From positions 249,316-313,315 of IMG/VR virus record IMGVR_UViG_3300047319_001872: DNA of 64,000 nucleotides; one strand, given 5' to 3'. The position numbers and the translations under genes were made by a program. The notes below the pieces were generated by a model. It did not search any database. It was not told where the DNA came from and was given only the letters and a program-made list of their open reading frames with translations. Below, one piece after another: positions 37,307 through 47,403 of the stretch; the first letter of the stretch is position 1; every line of letters begins with the position of its first letter.

Positions 37307-38871
37307 ACGCTCCTGTTTGCTTGGTTCATTGCGATTTCGATCGACAGTTTTGCCATTTTGATTTTTATATCGTAAGGCACCGCGTACCGCCGATCATTGG
37401 TGTTTTGGACGACCTTCGCGAGCCATCCCGCGGGCACCGTTAAGCGCCACTCATGTTCGCGAAGTTGCTTGGTCACGTGGTCGATGCCCAGTACCGCGAC
37501 ATTCTTTTCCTTTTGTGACTTCTGCTTGCCGGACTGCCGTCGTGCGTGCGGATAGAGCTTATTGAGCTCTTCCACCATGTTCGCCGGAATCCGGGCTTGG
37601 GGGATCACACCGGTCAGCTGCAATTCCTGTGCGTTCGACTGGGCCACTGCTGTCATCAACCCAGCCAGCTCGAAGTGTCCCCGTTGCCAGAGTACTGCCT
37701 GCGCTACTCCCATAGCCTCCAGCACGGATTTCTTCGAGAGATACGGAAAAGCACGGGGACTCACGGCGTCTTCCAGCGTCCACTGGATCAGCGCCAACTG
37801 CGGGTCCCAGATGTGTTCGTTGGTCAGTTGTTTGACCGCATCCAACGATTCCAACAAAATCCCGAGGTTCTCCTTAAGCTCCGGGCACACACGCAACGCC
37901 AGTTTGGTGGTGTCGCTGATGTAGTGCTCGACGATCGCGATGTCGCCTGCGGGAATTTCCTGCTTGACCTTGTAGCCTTCCAACTTCGAGAGATTGTTTT
38001 CGCTATCCCCCGACTGGCTTTCCGGAATCTTCGGCTTGACCATCCCCATGAAACTGTGGTCATGGCCCTTGACCTTTTGGCCCACGTAGCGGTAGATAAA
38101 CGCCACCAGGTTAAAGTCCGGGTCCGTCCCGCTGATGTCGCCAATCGTCAGACGACGAATCACCACCAGCGCCAGCACCCAGGTGGAAAAGTCTTCCGTG
38201 GAAATCCCGTCGAGAATCGCCGAATCGAATTCCTTCGTTTGCGGCAAGCTCAATTCCACGTACTTCTGCAAACGCTCCATCGGCGGGCACTGACCTTCAG
38301 CGAGGATGTACGACTGCGAGAGCAACTGGAACGCCTTGTACTCCTTCCAGTTGGTCCCGTGTTCCTTCTCGGTGCGAAACACATACTCGCCCCACACCAA
38401 CAGCATCGGCCGCAGTACGACGCTCAATACCACGAGCTGTTTATAGTCTTCGCGCAGATAGGTACGATCTCGCGTACCGATGGCGCTGTGACTGTCGCCG
38501 TATTCCTCATTGAGGTTGTGCGGCATGGCAATGTCGCTGTGGAAATCAATCCACGAGCGAACATCGTCGAGCTTGTGCAGTGCGCACAACTCTGCGATCT
38601 GGGGCAAGAGCGCACGGGCCAGATCCTCGGTTTCCCAGATCTCGTCGAAGGTGATGTGAATGCGCTTGTACACCTCGAAGATCTTATCCTGGGCTTCCGC
38701 TGGCTGCTTCTCCCAGAACCCATTGATCTGGTGGAAGATGTCCACATCAGGCTTGATCGACGCCTTATCAATCAGCTTGATATTCCACTTCAGTTCCTGA
38801 TCACGGTGACGTAGGAGCGCAACCGTCTGGTCTCCCAGATGGCCTTCCCGTTCGGTGACTACACGCATCAT
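37303..38871 (-). CDS. Non-virion RNAP promoter-specificity (sigma-like) subunit (phiKZ gp68-like)
   Basis: AGGAG RBS at ATG 38871; about 520 aa; 'RTYLREDY..LV..S...RPM...WGEY'; synteny. Confidence 0.7.
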   Translation of the reverse strand: MMRVVTEREGHLGDQTVALLRHRDQELKWNIKLIDKASIKPDVDIFHQINGFWEKQPAEAQDKIFEVYKRIHITFDEIWETEDLARALLPQIAELCALHKLDDVRSWIDFHSDIAMPHNLNEEYGDSHSAIGTRDRTYLREDYKQLVVLSVVLRPMLLVWGEYVFRTEKEHGTNWKEYKAFQLLSQSYILAEGQCPPMERLQKYVELSLPQTKEFDSAILDGISTEDFSTWVLALVVIRRLTIGDISGTDPDFNLVAFIYRYVGQKVKGHDHSFMGMVKPKIPESQSGDSENNLSKLEGYKVKQEIPAGDIAIVEHYISDTTKLALRVCPELKENLGILLESLDAVKQLTNEHIWDPQLALIQWTLEDAVSPRAFPYLSKKSVLEAMGVAQAVLWQRGHFELAGLMTAVAQSNAQELQLTGVIPQARIPANMVEELNKLYPHARRQSGKQKSQKEKNVAVLGIDHVTKQLREHEWRLTVPAGWLAKVVQNTNDRRYAVPYDIKIKMAKLSIEIAMNQANRSV

Positions 38872-38923
38872 TTTCTCCTGCGTAATAAACGTTGTAACGA
38901 CTCTTTGGATACTGCTCAGTGTA

Positions 38924-38952
38924 GTAATATAGGTTTTCAACGAGTTTGAATC
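38924..38952 (-). promoter_or_regulatory. Early promoter GATTCAAA-N13-TATATTAC
   Basis: Exact match to the motif at 14888-14916. Confidence 0.75.
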
Positions 38953-39073
38953 CTCGAGGGATTCTCGGGTATTCTGTCGTTTTAGGAAAAGGCTGGATCA
39001 CCCCCATCAGACCACGCCTACCCAAGCGTGGTCTGAGGGAGTGTATCCATTAAGCTATGCTACTGCCTGGCGC

Positions 39074-39841
39074 TTAGAAGGGCAGGTCGTCCCCGGCGCC
39101 ATCGCTGCCACCAGCGAAGCCCGAATCGTTACCGCCGCCACCGCCACCGCCGCGGTTATATCCGCCGCCACCGCCTTGACCGCCACCGCGGTTGTAACCA
39201 CCACCGCCGCCACCGCCACGATTGAAGCCACCGCCACCCTGACCGCCTTCCTTCGGAATCGGTTCTTCCCAGTGCGAGACTTGCATGTGCGCGAGCATCT
39301 CGGTGAGAATGTTCCAGTACGCTTCAGCGGCGACCTTCGACGCTTCGGCCGCCGAGTAGTACTCGCCCGTGCCGTGCTTGAGCAAATGGAAGTCCGAAAG
39401 CTGGAAGTTGAACTTGATGCGCGGCCGATCCTTGGCCATCACACCCATCCACAACACGCCTTCCTTGTCCTTGCCGACGAACAGTTCGGACTGCACCACC
39501 GGCTTTTCGCTGCGCTTGCCGCCGGGGAAGATGAAGTTCTTGTTCTCGATCGAGTTCTTGAACTCGTCCTTGCCGCCCGTGCCGGGAATGAAGTCGATCG
39601 CTTGACGCAGCAGGTTCAGGAAGCCGTAGAATGCGGGCGTGTCCATGTTCGCGCTGATCTTGCCGTAGTTCGTATCGCGGTCGCTGTCCACGTTCGTGTA
39701 AACGGTGATACGCGGGTTGTTCGCGAAAAGCCCCCACTGGAGCGACGCGAATTTGCCTTCCTGGTTCTTCGCCGACATCTGCAGCTTCTTGTTGTCGAGC
39801 GGAGTCTTCTTGCGCGGTGCTGCTTTGAAATCGCCTGCCAT
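39074..39841 (-). CDS. chmC: ChmC-like nucleic-acid-binding protein with (F/Y)NRGG repeats and acidic DDLPF tail
   Basis: Immediately upstream of the gp68-like gene; folded N-domain plus Gly-rich tail; symbol from synteny and recall. Confidence 0.6.
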   Translation of the reverse strand: MAGDFKAAPRKKTPLDNKKLQMSAKNQEGKFASLQWGLFANNPRITVYTNVDSDRDTNYGKISANMDTPAFYGFLNLLRQAIDFIPGTGGKDEFKNSIENKNFIFPGGKRSEKPVVQSELFVGKDKEGVLWMGVMAKDRPRIKFNFQLSDFHLLKHGTGEYYSAAEASKVAAEAYWNILTEMLAHMQVSHWEEPIPKEGGQGGGGFNRGGGGGGGYNRGGGQGGGGGYNRGGGGGGGNDSGFAGGSDGAGDDLPF

Positions 39842-39896
39842 GATGCGTTTTCCTATTGGTTTTATGGTACTCAGACCATAGGTCGGGTGAATAAAT

Positions 39897-40751
39897 TTAC
39901 ACTAGGATTTCCAGGAGCAGCTTGCGCGTCTCCAAATCCTCCAACTGACCGATGTTCTGGCGGATCTTCTCATCCGTCGTCACTGCCGACCAGTTGTATT
40001 TCGTTGCCAGCTCGATCACCTGTCGCCGGATGCGAATCGGCATCTGGAAAAAGGTGCGCGAATCCCCAAAGACCTGGATGAAATCTTCCCGAAACGGGAT
40101 CATCGAGAGTTCACGACCGTTCTGATACTTGGTGTACCATTGCGCTCGCTTCTTGACGTTGCCCGTGTTGGACTCCAGGAGGTCTAACGAGGAAAAGGCT
40201 TTCCACGACAACAGATCGTACGCAAAGTGCGTAAAGATCAGCGTCTTGGCTTGCTGCTGCGGGAAGAGTTTGAGCTTGAACACCCGAATATCTTCACCGC
40301 CTTGTTGCTCCAGGGACTTTAAAAGCAGCTCGAGCGTCTGGTTTTTGATTTCCATATACTCTTGCTGCTTATCCGTGTTAGCTCCGCGTAGTTTGGCATG
40401 CGGATACTTCTCCTTCATGCCCGCGTAGTTGCTCACGTAAAACACGACCTTGCAATGATTGTGCGTAAACTCCTGCACGATCCGCTTGATCTGATCCATC
40501 TCATCACGAATGCCTTCGTCCAGTTGACGCGGCACGACCCCGCCTTGCACCTCCTTCGGTAAGGCACCCATGAAGTTGCGAAACAGTGTTCGCAGGTTAA
40601 TCCACAGCTCGCCGTAATCCAACAGCGGGGCTTTCTTGACCTTTGGGTCATGATCCGGGTGCACACCACATGCGCCCTCCAGCGCAAGCGACGTCGCAAC
40701 CGAAAGAGGATATTGACCGACTTCCCGTTCTGCAATCGCTTGCTCAAACAT
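39897..40751 (-). CDS. Conserved core protein, possibly PIN/FEN-like fold (phiKZ gp66-like)
   Basis: 'LWINLRTLFRN', 'LIFTHFAYDLL', 'QVFGD'; AAGGAG RBS. Confidence 0.55.
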   Translation of the reverse strand: MFEQAIAEREVGQYPLSVATSLALEGACGVHPDHDPKVKKAPLLDYGELWINLRTLFRNFMGALPKEVQGGVVPRQLDEGIRDEMDQIKRIVQEFTHNHCKVVFYVSNYAGMKEKYPHAKLRGANTDKQQEYMEIKNQTLELLLKSLEQQGGEDIRVFKLKLFPQQQAKTLIFTHFAYDLLSWKAFSSLDLLESNTGNVKKRAQWYTKYQNGRELSMIPFREDFIQVFGDSRTFFQMPIRIRRQVIELATKYNWSAVTTDEKIRQNIGQLEDLETRKLLLEILV

Positions 40752-40769
40752 GACACATTCTCCTTGTTT

Positions 40770-41897
40770 TTACAGTACTTCGGGCATGATTGCTTGAGCC
40801 ATCGCCAGTACATCGGAGGTGGCACCCGCGTTAATCAGGCGGTCCGTGAGTAACGACGTCACGTTGTCCTTGGTGATCGTAATCGGGACATACGTAATCT
40901 CATCATCCAAAGCCGCTTCCGCAGTTTCCACTTCCCCATCATCTACAGGCTGTTTGTCCCAGGTAAACCACGGCCACTTGCGAATCAGTGCATCCATGCT
41001 CGAGAAGATGGGATTATCCCACGAGCCTCGAACCCGCACGAATGACTCTTCCGGCAAGCCCTCTACTTGCTTGGCGATTTCCGCCAGCGTATCTTCCAGC
41101 GTCATCGCCTCGCACTTTACCGTCACGAAGCGCATCGCGTCGACATTCTCCACAAACACCACATCGTGGTCCTCGCCGCGCCGATAGGCACGCACGTGTC
41201 CCTTCGGACCCTCTTCGCCATGCGTGAGGCGATCAAAGGAGCCTTGCGCGATAATGCGTTCATAGCGCGAGTGGATGTGCACGTGACCGATAAAGATCAG
41301 ATGCTTGACGATCTTCAAGTACTCTTCGCTCGAGTGCTTCTGAGCTTTCACGATCGGGGGGAGTTGATACTCGAACTGACCGTGCATGAAGGCGTAATCG
41401 ACTTGGGTGAGCCCTTTGGCTCGTAACAGGTCATGAACTTGGCTAAGGGTGGTTTCGGTGGAATTGGTCCACTCATCGGGTACGAAGAGCAACCACTGAT
41501 CGTGGCGCTCTTCGTACTCGATGGATAGACTTCTCACGTATTTGAGATCGGCGCCAATGCCTGTTACTTCGTTCAGTGACTCGAAAATGCGTGACTGTTT
41601 CCAGTCATGGCTCGGTGTGCCCTCTAGGACGTACATGCGAATACCGTGCTTCTTGCACAGTCGCAGCATATACGCCACCCACACCTTGATTTCGGTCACT
41701 TCATCATCGGGAAGTTCGAGCAACGTATCAAACACGTCGCCAGCCAACACGATGATGTCCAGCTCGGCGGTCTCGGCGTTATCCGGAAAAGCAGTGCGGA
41801 GGTTCTTAATGATACGCTCCGCGGGATTTCGCGCGTGACCAAGGTGAATATCGCTTACCACTGCGATCTTCAGGTTAGAGGGGTTCCCATTCATCAT
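40770..41897 (-). CDS. sbcD: SbcD/Mre11-like metallophosphoesterase nuclease
   Basis: SDIHLG, AGDVFD, EGTPSHD, MHG, GHVH motifs. Confidence 0.85.
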   Translation of the reverse strand: MMNGNPSNLKIAVVSDIHLGHARNPAERIIKNLRTAFPDNAETAELDIIVLAGDVFDTLLELPDDEVTEIKVWVAYMLRLCKKHGIRMYVLEGTPSHDWKQSRIFESLNEVTGIGADLKYVRSLSIEYEERHDQWLLFVPDEWTNSTETTLSQVHDLLRAKGLTQVDYAFMHGQFEYQLPPIVKAQKHSSEEYLKIVKHLIFIGHVHIHSRYERIIAQGSFDRLTHGEEGPKGHVRAYRRGEDHDVVFVENVDAMRFVTVKCEAMTLEDTLAEIAKQVEGLPEESFVRVRGSWDNPIFSSMDALIRKWPWFTWDKQPVDDGEVETAEAALDDEITYVPITITKDNVTSLLTDRLINAGATSDVLAMAQAIMPEVL

Positions 41898-42537
41898 TTT
41901 GCGTCGTCGGTTGGTCGGCGGAATTGCTCACACTATCTTTCTGTGCGGTAACTTCTTCCGTCTCCAACACACCCGGCAAACCATAACGCTTAAAGATCGC
42001 ATCCCAGCGTTCGAGATTGGTTCTAACCGAGGGCGGTAAATCCGCCATGAAGAGCGCGCGTTGCTTCAGGTGGGCGCTCAGATAATTGCGACCATCCTGC
42101 GGGGAGACCCGTGAACGCAGCTCGGCGTTACGGATGATATTCAGGATGTTGCCACCGGGCATGCGCGTGCGGTCTTTACCCTGGATCGCTTTGATACCGC
42201 TGCGATCAAACAAAGGCGGCACCGAAAAGAGCACTTCGCCCTTGGCGTTAATGATGTCGACCTCGCGGTATTCGTTACCCGCGTAGTTCGCCCACATGTC
42301 CAGATTTACTTGCGGGTAGAACTCATTTTGGCCTTTATGGAAGACAGCCAGCCAGAGACCGACGAAAATGCGCTCCGGCATGCGTGCACGAGTTGCAGTT
42401 TCTTGTTCATCCAGCGATTGACGAATGGCATTGATTTCCTCCGTTGAGCGACCAGTACCCGTCATGTCGATGTTACGCGTCATCCACTCCAGACGACGTT
42501 TGGCAGGGTTCTGATCGGGTTGCGTGGGTTGGGTCAT
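41875..42537 (-). CDS. Conserved hypothetical protein (220 aa)
   Basis: AGGAGG RBS; ATGA overlap. Confidence 0.65.
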   Translation of the reverse strand: MTQPTQPDQNPAKRRLEWMTRNIDMTGTGRSTEEINAIRQSLDEQETATRARMPERIFVGLWLAVFHKGQNEFYPQVNLDMWANYAGNEYREVDIINAKGEVLFSVPPLFDRSGIKAIQGKDRTRMPGGNILNIIRNAELRSRVSPQDGRNYLSAHLKQRALFMADLPPSVRTNLERWDAIFKRYGLPGVLETEEVTAQKDSVSNSADQPTTQNDEWEPL

Positions 42538-42974
42538 GATGGGATGCCTCCTGAGTCAGTGGGTAGCACACCATAATTGATCAAACCCATGACGCGTTTA
42601 AAGCTCGAGTCGTTCACCTGCACGAGCGAACCCAGCGAGTACTCCTGACCGTTATCGCGAATGGTCGCCTGCACCGTCAAGGTGATGGCATTCGTCGGAT
42701 TCACGCTCGGGTCATTATTGGCGTTGACTTCGACGACGGTCGCATCGAAGTAACCGGCGAAATACGGCTCCAGTATCTGGCGCAGTTGCAAGCACAGCTG
42801 GGGAATGTTGTTACCATACTGCTGAAGGATATTCTGCAAGTTGGCAACATGACCTGGATAGAGATACGTCTGAATCTTGTCAGATTCGAAAAAGTGCGAC
42901 AACATCAGGTCGACCTTCTCGGGCACGGACTTGACCCAGCCCTTCATGCTAATACTCGGAACGGCAGCACCCAT
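42534..42974 (-). CDS. Conserved hypothetical protein, possibly gp25-like baseplate protein
   Basis: Helices followed by 'VVEVN...ITLTVQATI' strands; fold call is weak. Confidence 0.55.
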   Translation of the reverse strand: MGAAVPSISMKGWVKSVPEKVDLMLSHFFESDKIQTYLYPGHVANLQNILQQYGNNIPQLCLQLRQILEPYFAGYFDATVVEVNANNDPSVNPTNAITLTVQATIRDNGQEYSLGSLVQVNDSSFKRVMGLINYGVLPTDSGGIPS

Positions 42975-43085
42975 GGCAGATTCTGAAAGTTGGTAATGGA
43001 CATAGAATCCACCCGCTGAAAGAAAAAAAGAGCCTGAGGGATAAAAACCCCCTCGACCACCGTCAGGCAGTCGAGAGGAAAAGCA

Positions 43086-43724
43086 CTACAGCTTGCTGGC
43101 GTACGGCGATGTCGGATCTTCCCCGCCATCTGCGATCAAAGCGTTCATGGCATCCCAGCACTTGAAAATATCGTGCTGTTCGAGCAGATGCAAGTAACGA
43201 TCGCCTTCGACCGGTTCGTCGAAGAAGAATTCCACATGGAAGCCCCCCTCTTCGTGACCGTCCTTATCTTTTACCACAGGCGTCTGGACGAAGCCATGCG
43301 CGGCCATCTGGTAATCATAGTGCTGCCATCCGATCTTGCCCGGATGCATGTCCACGTAGGTTTCCGAATAGCCGTCAATCCGTTGGTCGTTATACATCTC
43401 CCGCACGACCGGATTAGCCACCAAGAAACGCTGCATCGAAAGCGGTGCCTGCTGAAAGGCACCCATCTCCCAGATGCTACGAATCTCGTCGCGCTGCCAC
43501 ATGTGAGACACCATGCGCACGGCGGCCTTTGCACGTCGGAAGGCTTCGCTATTGCCAAAGCGCTCCCACGCACTGCGGGCCGTCTCCATGAAACCCTGAC
43601 CAAACCCCGCCATCGAGCTCGACATGTTGTCGAACTGATTTTGCAGATAGCTCATGGTTCCCGGATGGGGCTCATGATAAATCACAGCGTCAAAGACGTC
43701 TGCACCTCCTGTAATTACTCGCAC
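43086..43724 (-). CDS. Conserved hypothetical protein (212 aa)
   Basis: GAGGAGG RBS before GTG; follows the RNAP gene. Confidence 0.65.
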   Translation of the reverse strand: MRVITGGADVFDAVIYHEPHPGTMSYLQNQFDNMSSSMAGFGQGFMETARSAWERFGNSEAFRRAKAAVRMVSHMWQRDEIRSIWEMGAFQQAPLSMQRFLVANPVVREMYNDQRIDGYSETYVDMHPGKIGWQHYDYQMAAHGFVQTPVVKDKDGHEEGGFHVEFFFDEPVEGDRYLHLLEQHDIFKCWDAMNALIADGGEDPTSPYASKL

Positions 43725-43737
43725 GATGTCCTCCTCG

Positions 43738-45207
43738 TTAAGCGGCTTCAGCCAACAACATCATCTTGTTCCACTTGGCTTGATCCACCGATTCGTCCGT
43801 GTCATGCAAGAAGTTCGCCGTGGTGGCAATCACCGGTTTAGGTTGCGCGAGGTTACTCGACACCTTCTTCGGCTGGTCGAGACCAAACGTGCTCTTATGC
43901 GGCGCCAGGGCCCGCAGTTCTTCGGTCGTGTAGTTATCCAGACACGGCGTGAAGTTCAGCTGGTCACCATCGAAGTCCGCGTTCAAGCCCTTCACGTCCA
44001 GAATACTGATCGAGACGGTCGGGATCTCCACCACAGACTTCACTTGCGTCACATACACGAGCTGCGCCGAGCCGCGTTCCAACGAGGGGTTACGCTGCAT
44101 GATACACGGAATGCCTTTGTACGGACATTCTGCGATCAGCTCCTGGAACAACTGATCCAGGTCCTCGTTGTAAATCGACGCGTGCTTGTTCAGGAACGCG
44201 ATTCCTTCGTTCGGTGTGTAACCACGCCGTATCAGCTTATTCATCAAGTGGATACGGAACACCGACAGACCGATCCCCCACGGAATGTGGATTTCCTCGT
44301 AATCGTGCGCATCCGTCAACGACGAGATCACGGCACGGAACGAGAAGTGGGAACGAGAGCCGAACACGTGCTTACGGAAAATCCCCTGCTTCTTGGCGAG
44401 CGTGGTCTTATACAGACCCTCGTAAAACTCCGCCAATTGCGAGATCGTCTTCACGGTCCGATTCTCTTTCACACGCACGGTGTGAGAGGTCAGGGAGGAA
44501 TCGATGCCTGCCATCATGCGAATCGCATCCACCGCACCGGTGATGATGGGGTCCACATAGGTGCCGACGTTGCTCTCCTCGATCACGAGAAGCGCCCGGT
44601 TCGGCAAGGGCAGGTGATCGCTAAACACGCAGTCCCGTTGATTGCGTATCGCCGTCATGAGCTCCAGATGCTCCTCACTCTTGCGATACTCCTTGAGATC
44701 CATGAGCAACGCCATGATCTCGTCGAACTTGTTCACGAAGTTGTTCAACCCGCGCGGGCAGTTCAACTCCTCCAGCCGATACACGACCTGGGGCTTACGC
44801 ACCGGCGGCGCGTAGTTCGTGTCACAAATCCAGCGAATGATCTCATAACCACTGCGGGTGAATCGCTTCTTCAACATCATCCACACGATCGGGTTGATCA
44901 GGCCATCGACGCCTTTCGGCCTTCTGATCCACACGATCGGTTCGAGGTCACGCTCCACATGCGAGCGGACTTCTGTGCCGCAGGAGCCACATACCACACC
45001 GACGTTGTAGCCACCAACGATCTCCCCACATTCGCACGACGGCAGATTGCTCAGCAAATCGCCCGAATAGGTGGTATAGATCAGTCGGTTAAACTCTTGC
45101 CGATCCTTCTCCGATGATTCCGCAATCTCGTTGATGATCTTCGGCTCGCGCGTCGAGTGCTGGTAAAACAGCTCGTTGAAATTGATCAAACTGAGTCTTA
45201 CGCCCAC
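43738..45207 (-). CDS. Non-virion RNA polymerase catalytic beta'-like subunit (phiKZ gp55-like), uninterrupted
   Basis: Catalytic NADFDGD; CECG...CGSC Zn finger; 'KQGIFRKHVFGSR..FSFRAVI'; 'RNPSL'. Confidence 0.92.
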   Translation of the reverse strand: MGVRLSLINFNELFYQHSTREPKIINEIAESSEKDRQEFNRLIYTTYSGDLLSNLPSCECGEIVGGYNVGVVCGSCGTEVRSHVERDLEPIVWIRRPKGVDGLINPIVWMMLKKRFTRSGYEIIRWICDTNYAPPVRKPQVVYRLEELNCPRGLNNFVNKFDEIMALLMDLKEYRKSEEHLELMTAIRNQRDCVFSDHLPLPNRALLVIEESNVGTYVDPIITGAVDAIRMMAGIDSSLTSHTVRVKENRTVKTISQLAEFYEGLYKTTLAKKQGIFRKHVFGSRSHFSFRAVISSLTDAHDYEEIHIPWGIGLSVFRIHLMNKLIRRGYTPNEGIAFLNKHASIYNEDLDQLFQELIAECPYKGIPCIMQRNPSLERGSAQLVYVTQVKSVVEIPTVSISILDVKGLNADFDGDQLNFTPCLDNYTTEELRALAPHKSTFGLDQPKKVSSNLAQPKPVIATTANFLHDTDESVDQAKWNKMMLLAEAA

Positions 45208-45291
45208 TCGTTTCTCCTTGTTTCCTGTTTACTCGGGTACGGAATACCACTAGCTAGATGATACTCCAATAGATACCTCACCCCTGTAAAA

Positions 45292-45324
45292 AGAAAAAAA
45301 AGAGGGACCCGAAGGCCCCTCTTT
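45292..45324 (-). terminator. Intrinsic terminator after chimallin
   Basis: aagagggg-ccttcgggt-ccctctt hairpin followed by a T-tract on -. Confidence 0.75.
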
Positions 45325-45372
45325 CGACCGCTTGCGCGGAAATGACTACTGCCGCGCTACGTATTCAGCTGC

Positions 45373-47283
45373 TTACCAGCGCGAGCTGAAGCCCGTGCGA
45401 CCCCAGCCAGCGCCTTGGTTCGACTGACCGCCGAAGCCTGCCGCGAACAGACCGGTTGCACCCGGAGCCATGAGCAGGCCGTTGGCGAACTGCGCCGTTG
45501 CACGCTCTTGACCCGCGACGTCGCCGAACGGGTATTGTGCACGCAGGACGAGACCCGCATCCACGCAGCCCTTGGCCAGCGCTTCCATGAACGCACCGTC
45601 CAGCGTTGCACGACGTGCGAAACCCGTGAAGGTTGCGTCGCCGACCAGACCCTGGATGATGTTCTTGCGACGCGCGAGACGCTGCGCGGGCGAGATTTGC
45701 AGATTGACAAACGTGTCGCTCCAGTCCTTGATGACCGTCGGGTCCTTCTCGCCGATCAGGTTCGCTACCGCGAGGTAGTCGATGTCGCGGATGTCGCGCT
45801 TGCGACCTTGCTGGTCGACGTACCAACCCAGGTGAATGCGGTTGTTGTTGTCGAACGCAACGCGGCCCGTGCCGTTCGTGTAGTGCTTCAGGAAGTTGCC
45901 GTTCGTCAGCGTCTGCGCTGCTTCGATGATGAACTCGTTGGCCTTCTGGCTGCCTTCAGCAGCAGCCGCGAACACCGAGTTCGACCAGGTCGACGGACCG
46001 CATTCCGGCACGTCGATCGAGAGCAGCAGGCCCGGACGCACGAAAGCTTGCAGCAGCTTGTGCAGCGTGCCTTGTGCCGTGAACGCGTCCGACTTCGTGT
46101 CGATGCGCGCGCCGATACCGTTCGCGTTGCCTTCCGGGTTCGCTTCGATACCGATTGCACCGATGTCGTGCATGTCGATGCCTTGCGCGTAAGGACGCGG
46201 TGCGAAACCACGTGCCCAGGCGTTGCCGTCACGCAGCGTGAGTGCCTGAACCAGCGCGAACAGCTGAGCCGGAACGGTCATCAGCTCGAGCGTTTCCAGG
46301 TGCGTCATCACGAAGTGCGTGATGTACAGCGGGTTGAACTGCTGTTGCTGCGACTGACCCCACTGCGCGTACGGGTTCGCGGTCGGTGCGACCGGGTCCC
46401 ACACGAGGTCGAGGAAGCCGCCGACTTGCGAGACCTTCGTCGCGCGTGCGTCTGCATTGGCGCCCTGGCCGGTCGTGATTGCCGTGGCGATCAGGTCGAT
46501 CATCACGTCGGTGCGGATCGGCTCGCCGACCGGGTCAACCAGCTGGTCGTGGTTGAACGCGACGCGTGCGGTCAGGTTCGAGTCACGTGCTGCGCCTGCG
46601 AGGTTCAGGTCGCGGAAGTCCGGACGCATGCGGTTCAGTTCGTGGTTCGCTGCAAACAGTGCGTTCGCGGCGAGCTGGTACACGAGCTGTTCGTCTGCGA
46701 CGTCGAACGAACGCGGCACGACTTCGGCTTCAGCGTCGATCAGACGCGCGCCGTTGAACGTACGGGCCACGGCATCGGCCACGACTTCGCGGAACTTGTC
46801 GTCCCACACGTCGCCGTCGACACGCTGGATTTCGACGTTCTGACCGTTGATCTGGTCGTACTTCGGCGGGAACGGTTCGCCCGAGCCTGCGAGGATCAGC
46901 GTGTGGTACGCGACGCCCAGGTCCAGGTCGTTCTTGTCGAACAGGGCCACGATGAGCGCCGAGCGCGCGATCGCCGGGTTGTTGTTCATGTCGAGCGGGA
47001 GCAGCTTGATCTCGAAAGCCGGGTTCGCCGACTTGTACGTTTCGATCAGGGCCTTCTCGAGCTTGACGAGCACTTCAGCAGCCGGGTTGCGGCCCATCGG
47101 TGCGTTGCCCAGGCGGCCGAGCGAGCGGAAGCTGAAGCCCGCCGGTGCGGATTGTTGTTGCTGGTTCATGGTGCCTCGCGGTTGAGAGTTCTGGTTATCC
47201 TTGGCACGGGTGAAACCCGCTGCCATTTGCGTTTCCGCCGGAGCTGCTGCTTGGCCTTCTTGGCCCGGTTGTTCGATTGCCAT
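45373..47283 (-). CDS. chmA: Chimallin, phage nuclear shell protein (636 aa)
   Basis: Size, position immediately upstream of the gp55-like RNAP gene, strongly biased codon use, disordered N- and C-terminal segments, early promoter upstream. Confidence 0.85.
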   Translation of the reverse strand: MAIEQPGQEGQAAAPAETQMAAGFTRAKDNQNSQPRGTMNQQQQSAPAGFSFRSLGRLGNAPMGRNPAAEVLVKLEKALIETYKSANPAFEIKLLPLDMNNNPAIARSALIVALFDKNDLDLGVAYHTLILAGSGEPFPPKYDQINGQNVEIQRVDGDVWDDKFREVVADAVARTFNGARLIDAEAEVVPRSFDVADEQLVYQLAANALFAANHELNRMRPDFRDLNLAGAARDSNLTARVAFNHDQLVDPVGEPIRTDVMIDLIATAITTGQGANADARATKVSQVGGFLDLVWDPVAPTANPYAQWGQSQQQQFNPLYITHFVMTHLETLELMTVPAQLFALVQALTLRDGNAWARGFAPRPYAQGIDMHDIGAIGIEANPEGNANGIGARIDTKSDAFTAQGTLHKLLQAFVRPGLLLSIDVPECGPSTWSNSVFAAAAEGSQKANEFIIEAAQTLTNGNFLKHYTNGTGRVAFDNNNRIHLGWYVDQQGRKRDIRDIDYLAVANLIGEKDPTVIKDWSDTFVNLQISPAQRLARRKNIIQGLVGDATFTGFARRATLDGAFMEALAKGCVDAGLVLRAQYPFGDVAGQERATAQFANGLLMAPGATGLFAAGFGGQSNQGAGWGRTGFSSRW

Positions 47284-47367
47284 AGTGCTATTCCTTGTTT
47301 CAGAATTATCGTTTAATACACTCGAGTGTGTACTAGGGGAAAGCGATTTCCATTCCAGTACAAGTTA

Positions 47368-47396
47368 GTAATATGTCATTGACTTTTCTTTGAATC
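47368..47396 (-). promoter_or_regulatory. Early promoter GATTCAAA-N13-CATATTAC for chimallin
   Basis: Same bipartite motif and spacing with one mismatch. Confidence 0.7.
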
Positions 47397-47403
47397 ACGC
47401 ATA

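Noticed and set aside
39130-39250. CCG/CCA microsatellite-like repeat
   Set aside because: Explained by poly-Gly coding in the ChmC-like tail
31574-45207. Introns or inteins in nvRNAP genes, as known in some relatives
   Set aside because: Both genes read through as single ORFs with contiguous motifs and no visible insertion
45415-47316. 633-aa + strand ORF, and similar long antisense ORFs (6053-7525, 29901-31565, 34401-35756, 43726-45117, 54106-55389)
   Set aside because: Mirror frames of motif-supported genes, caused by GC3 bias; no RBS or motifs
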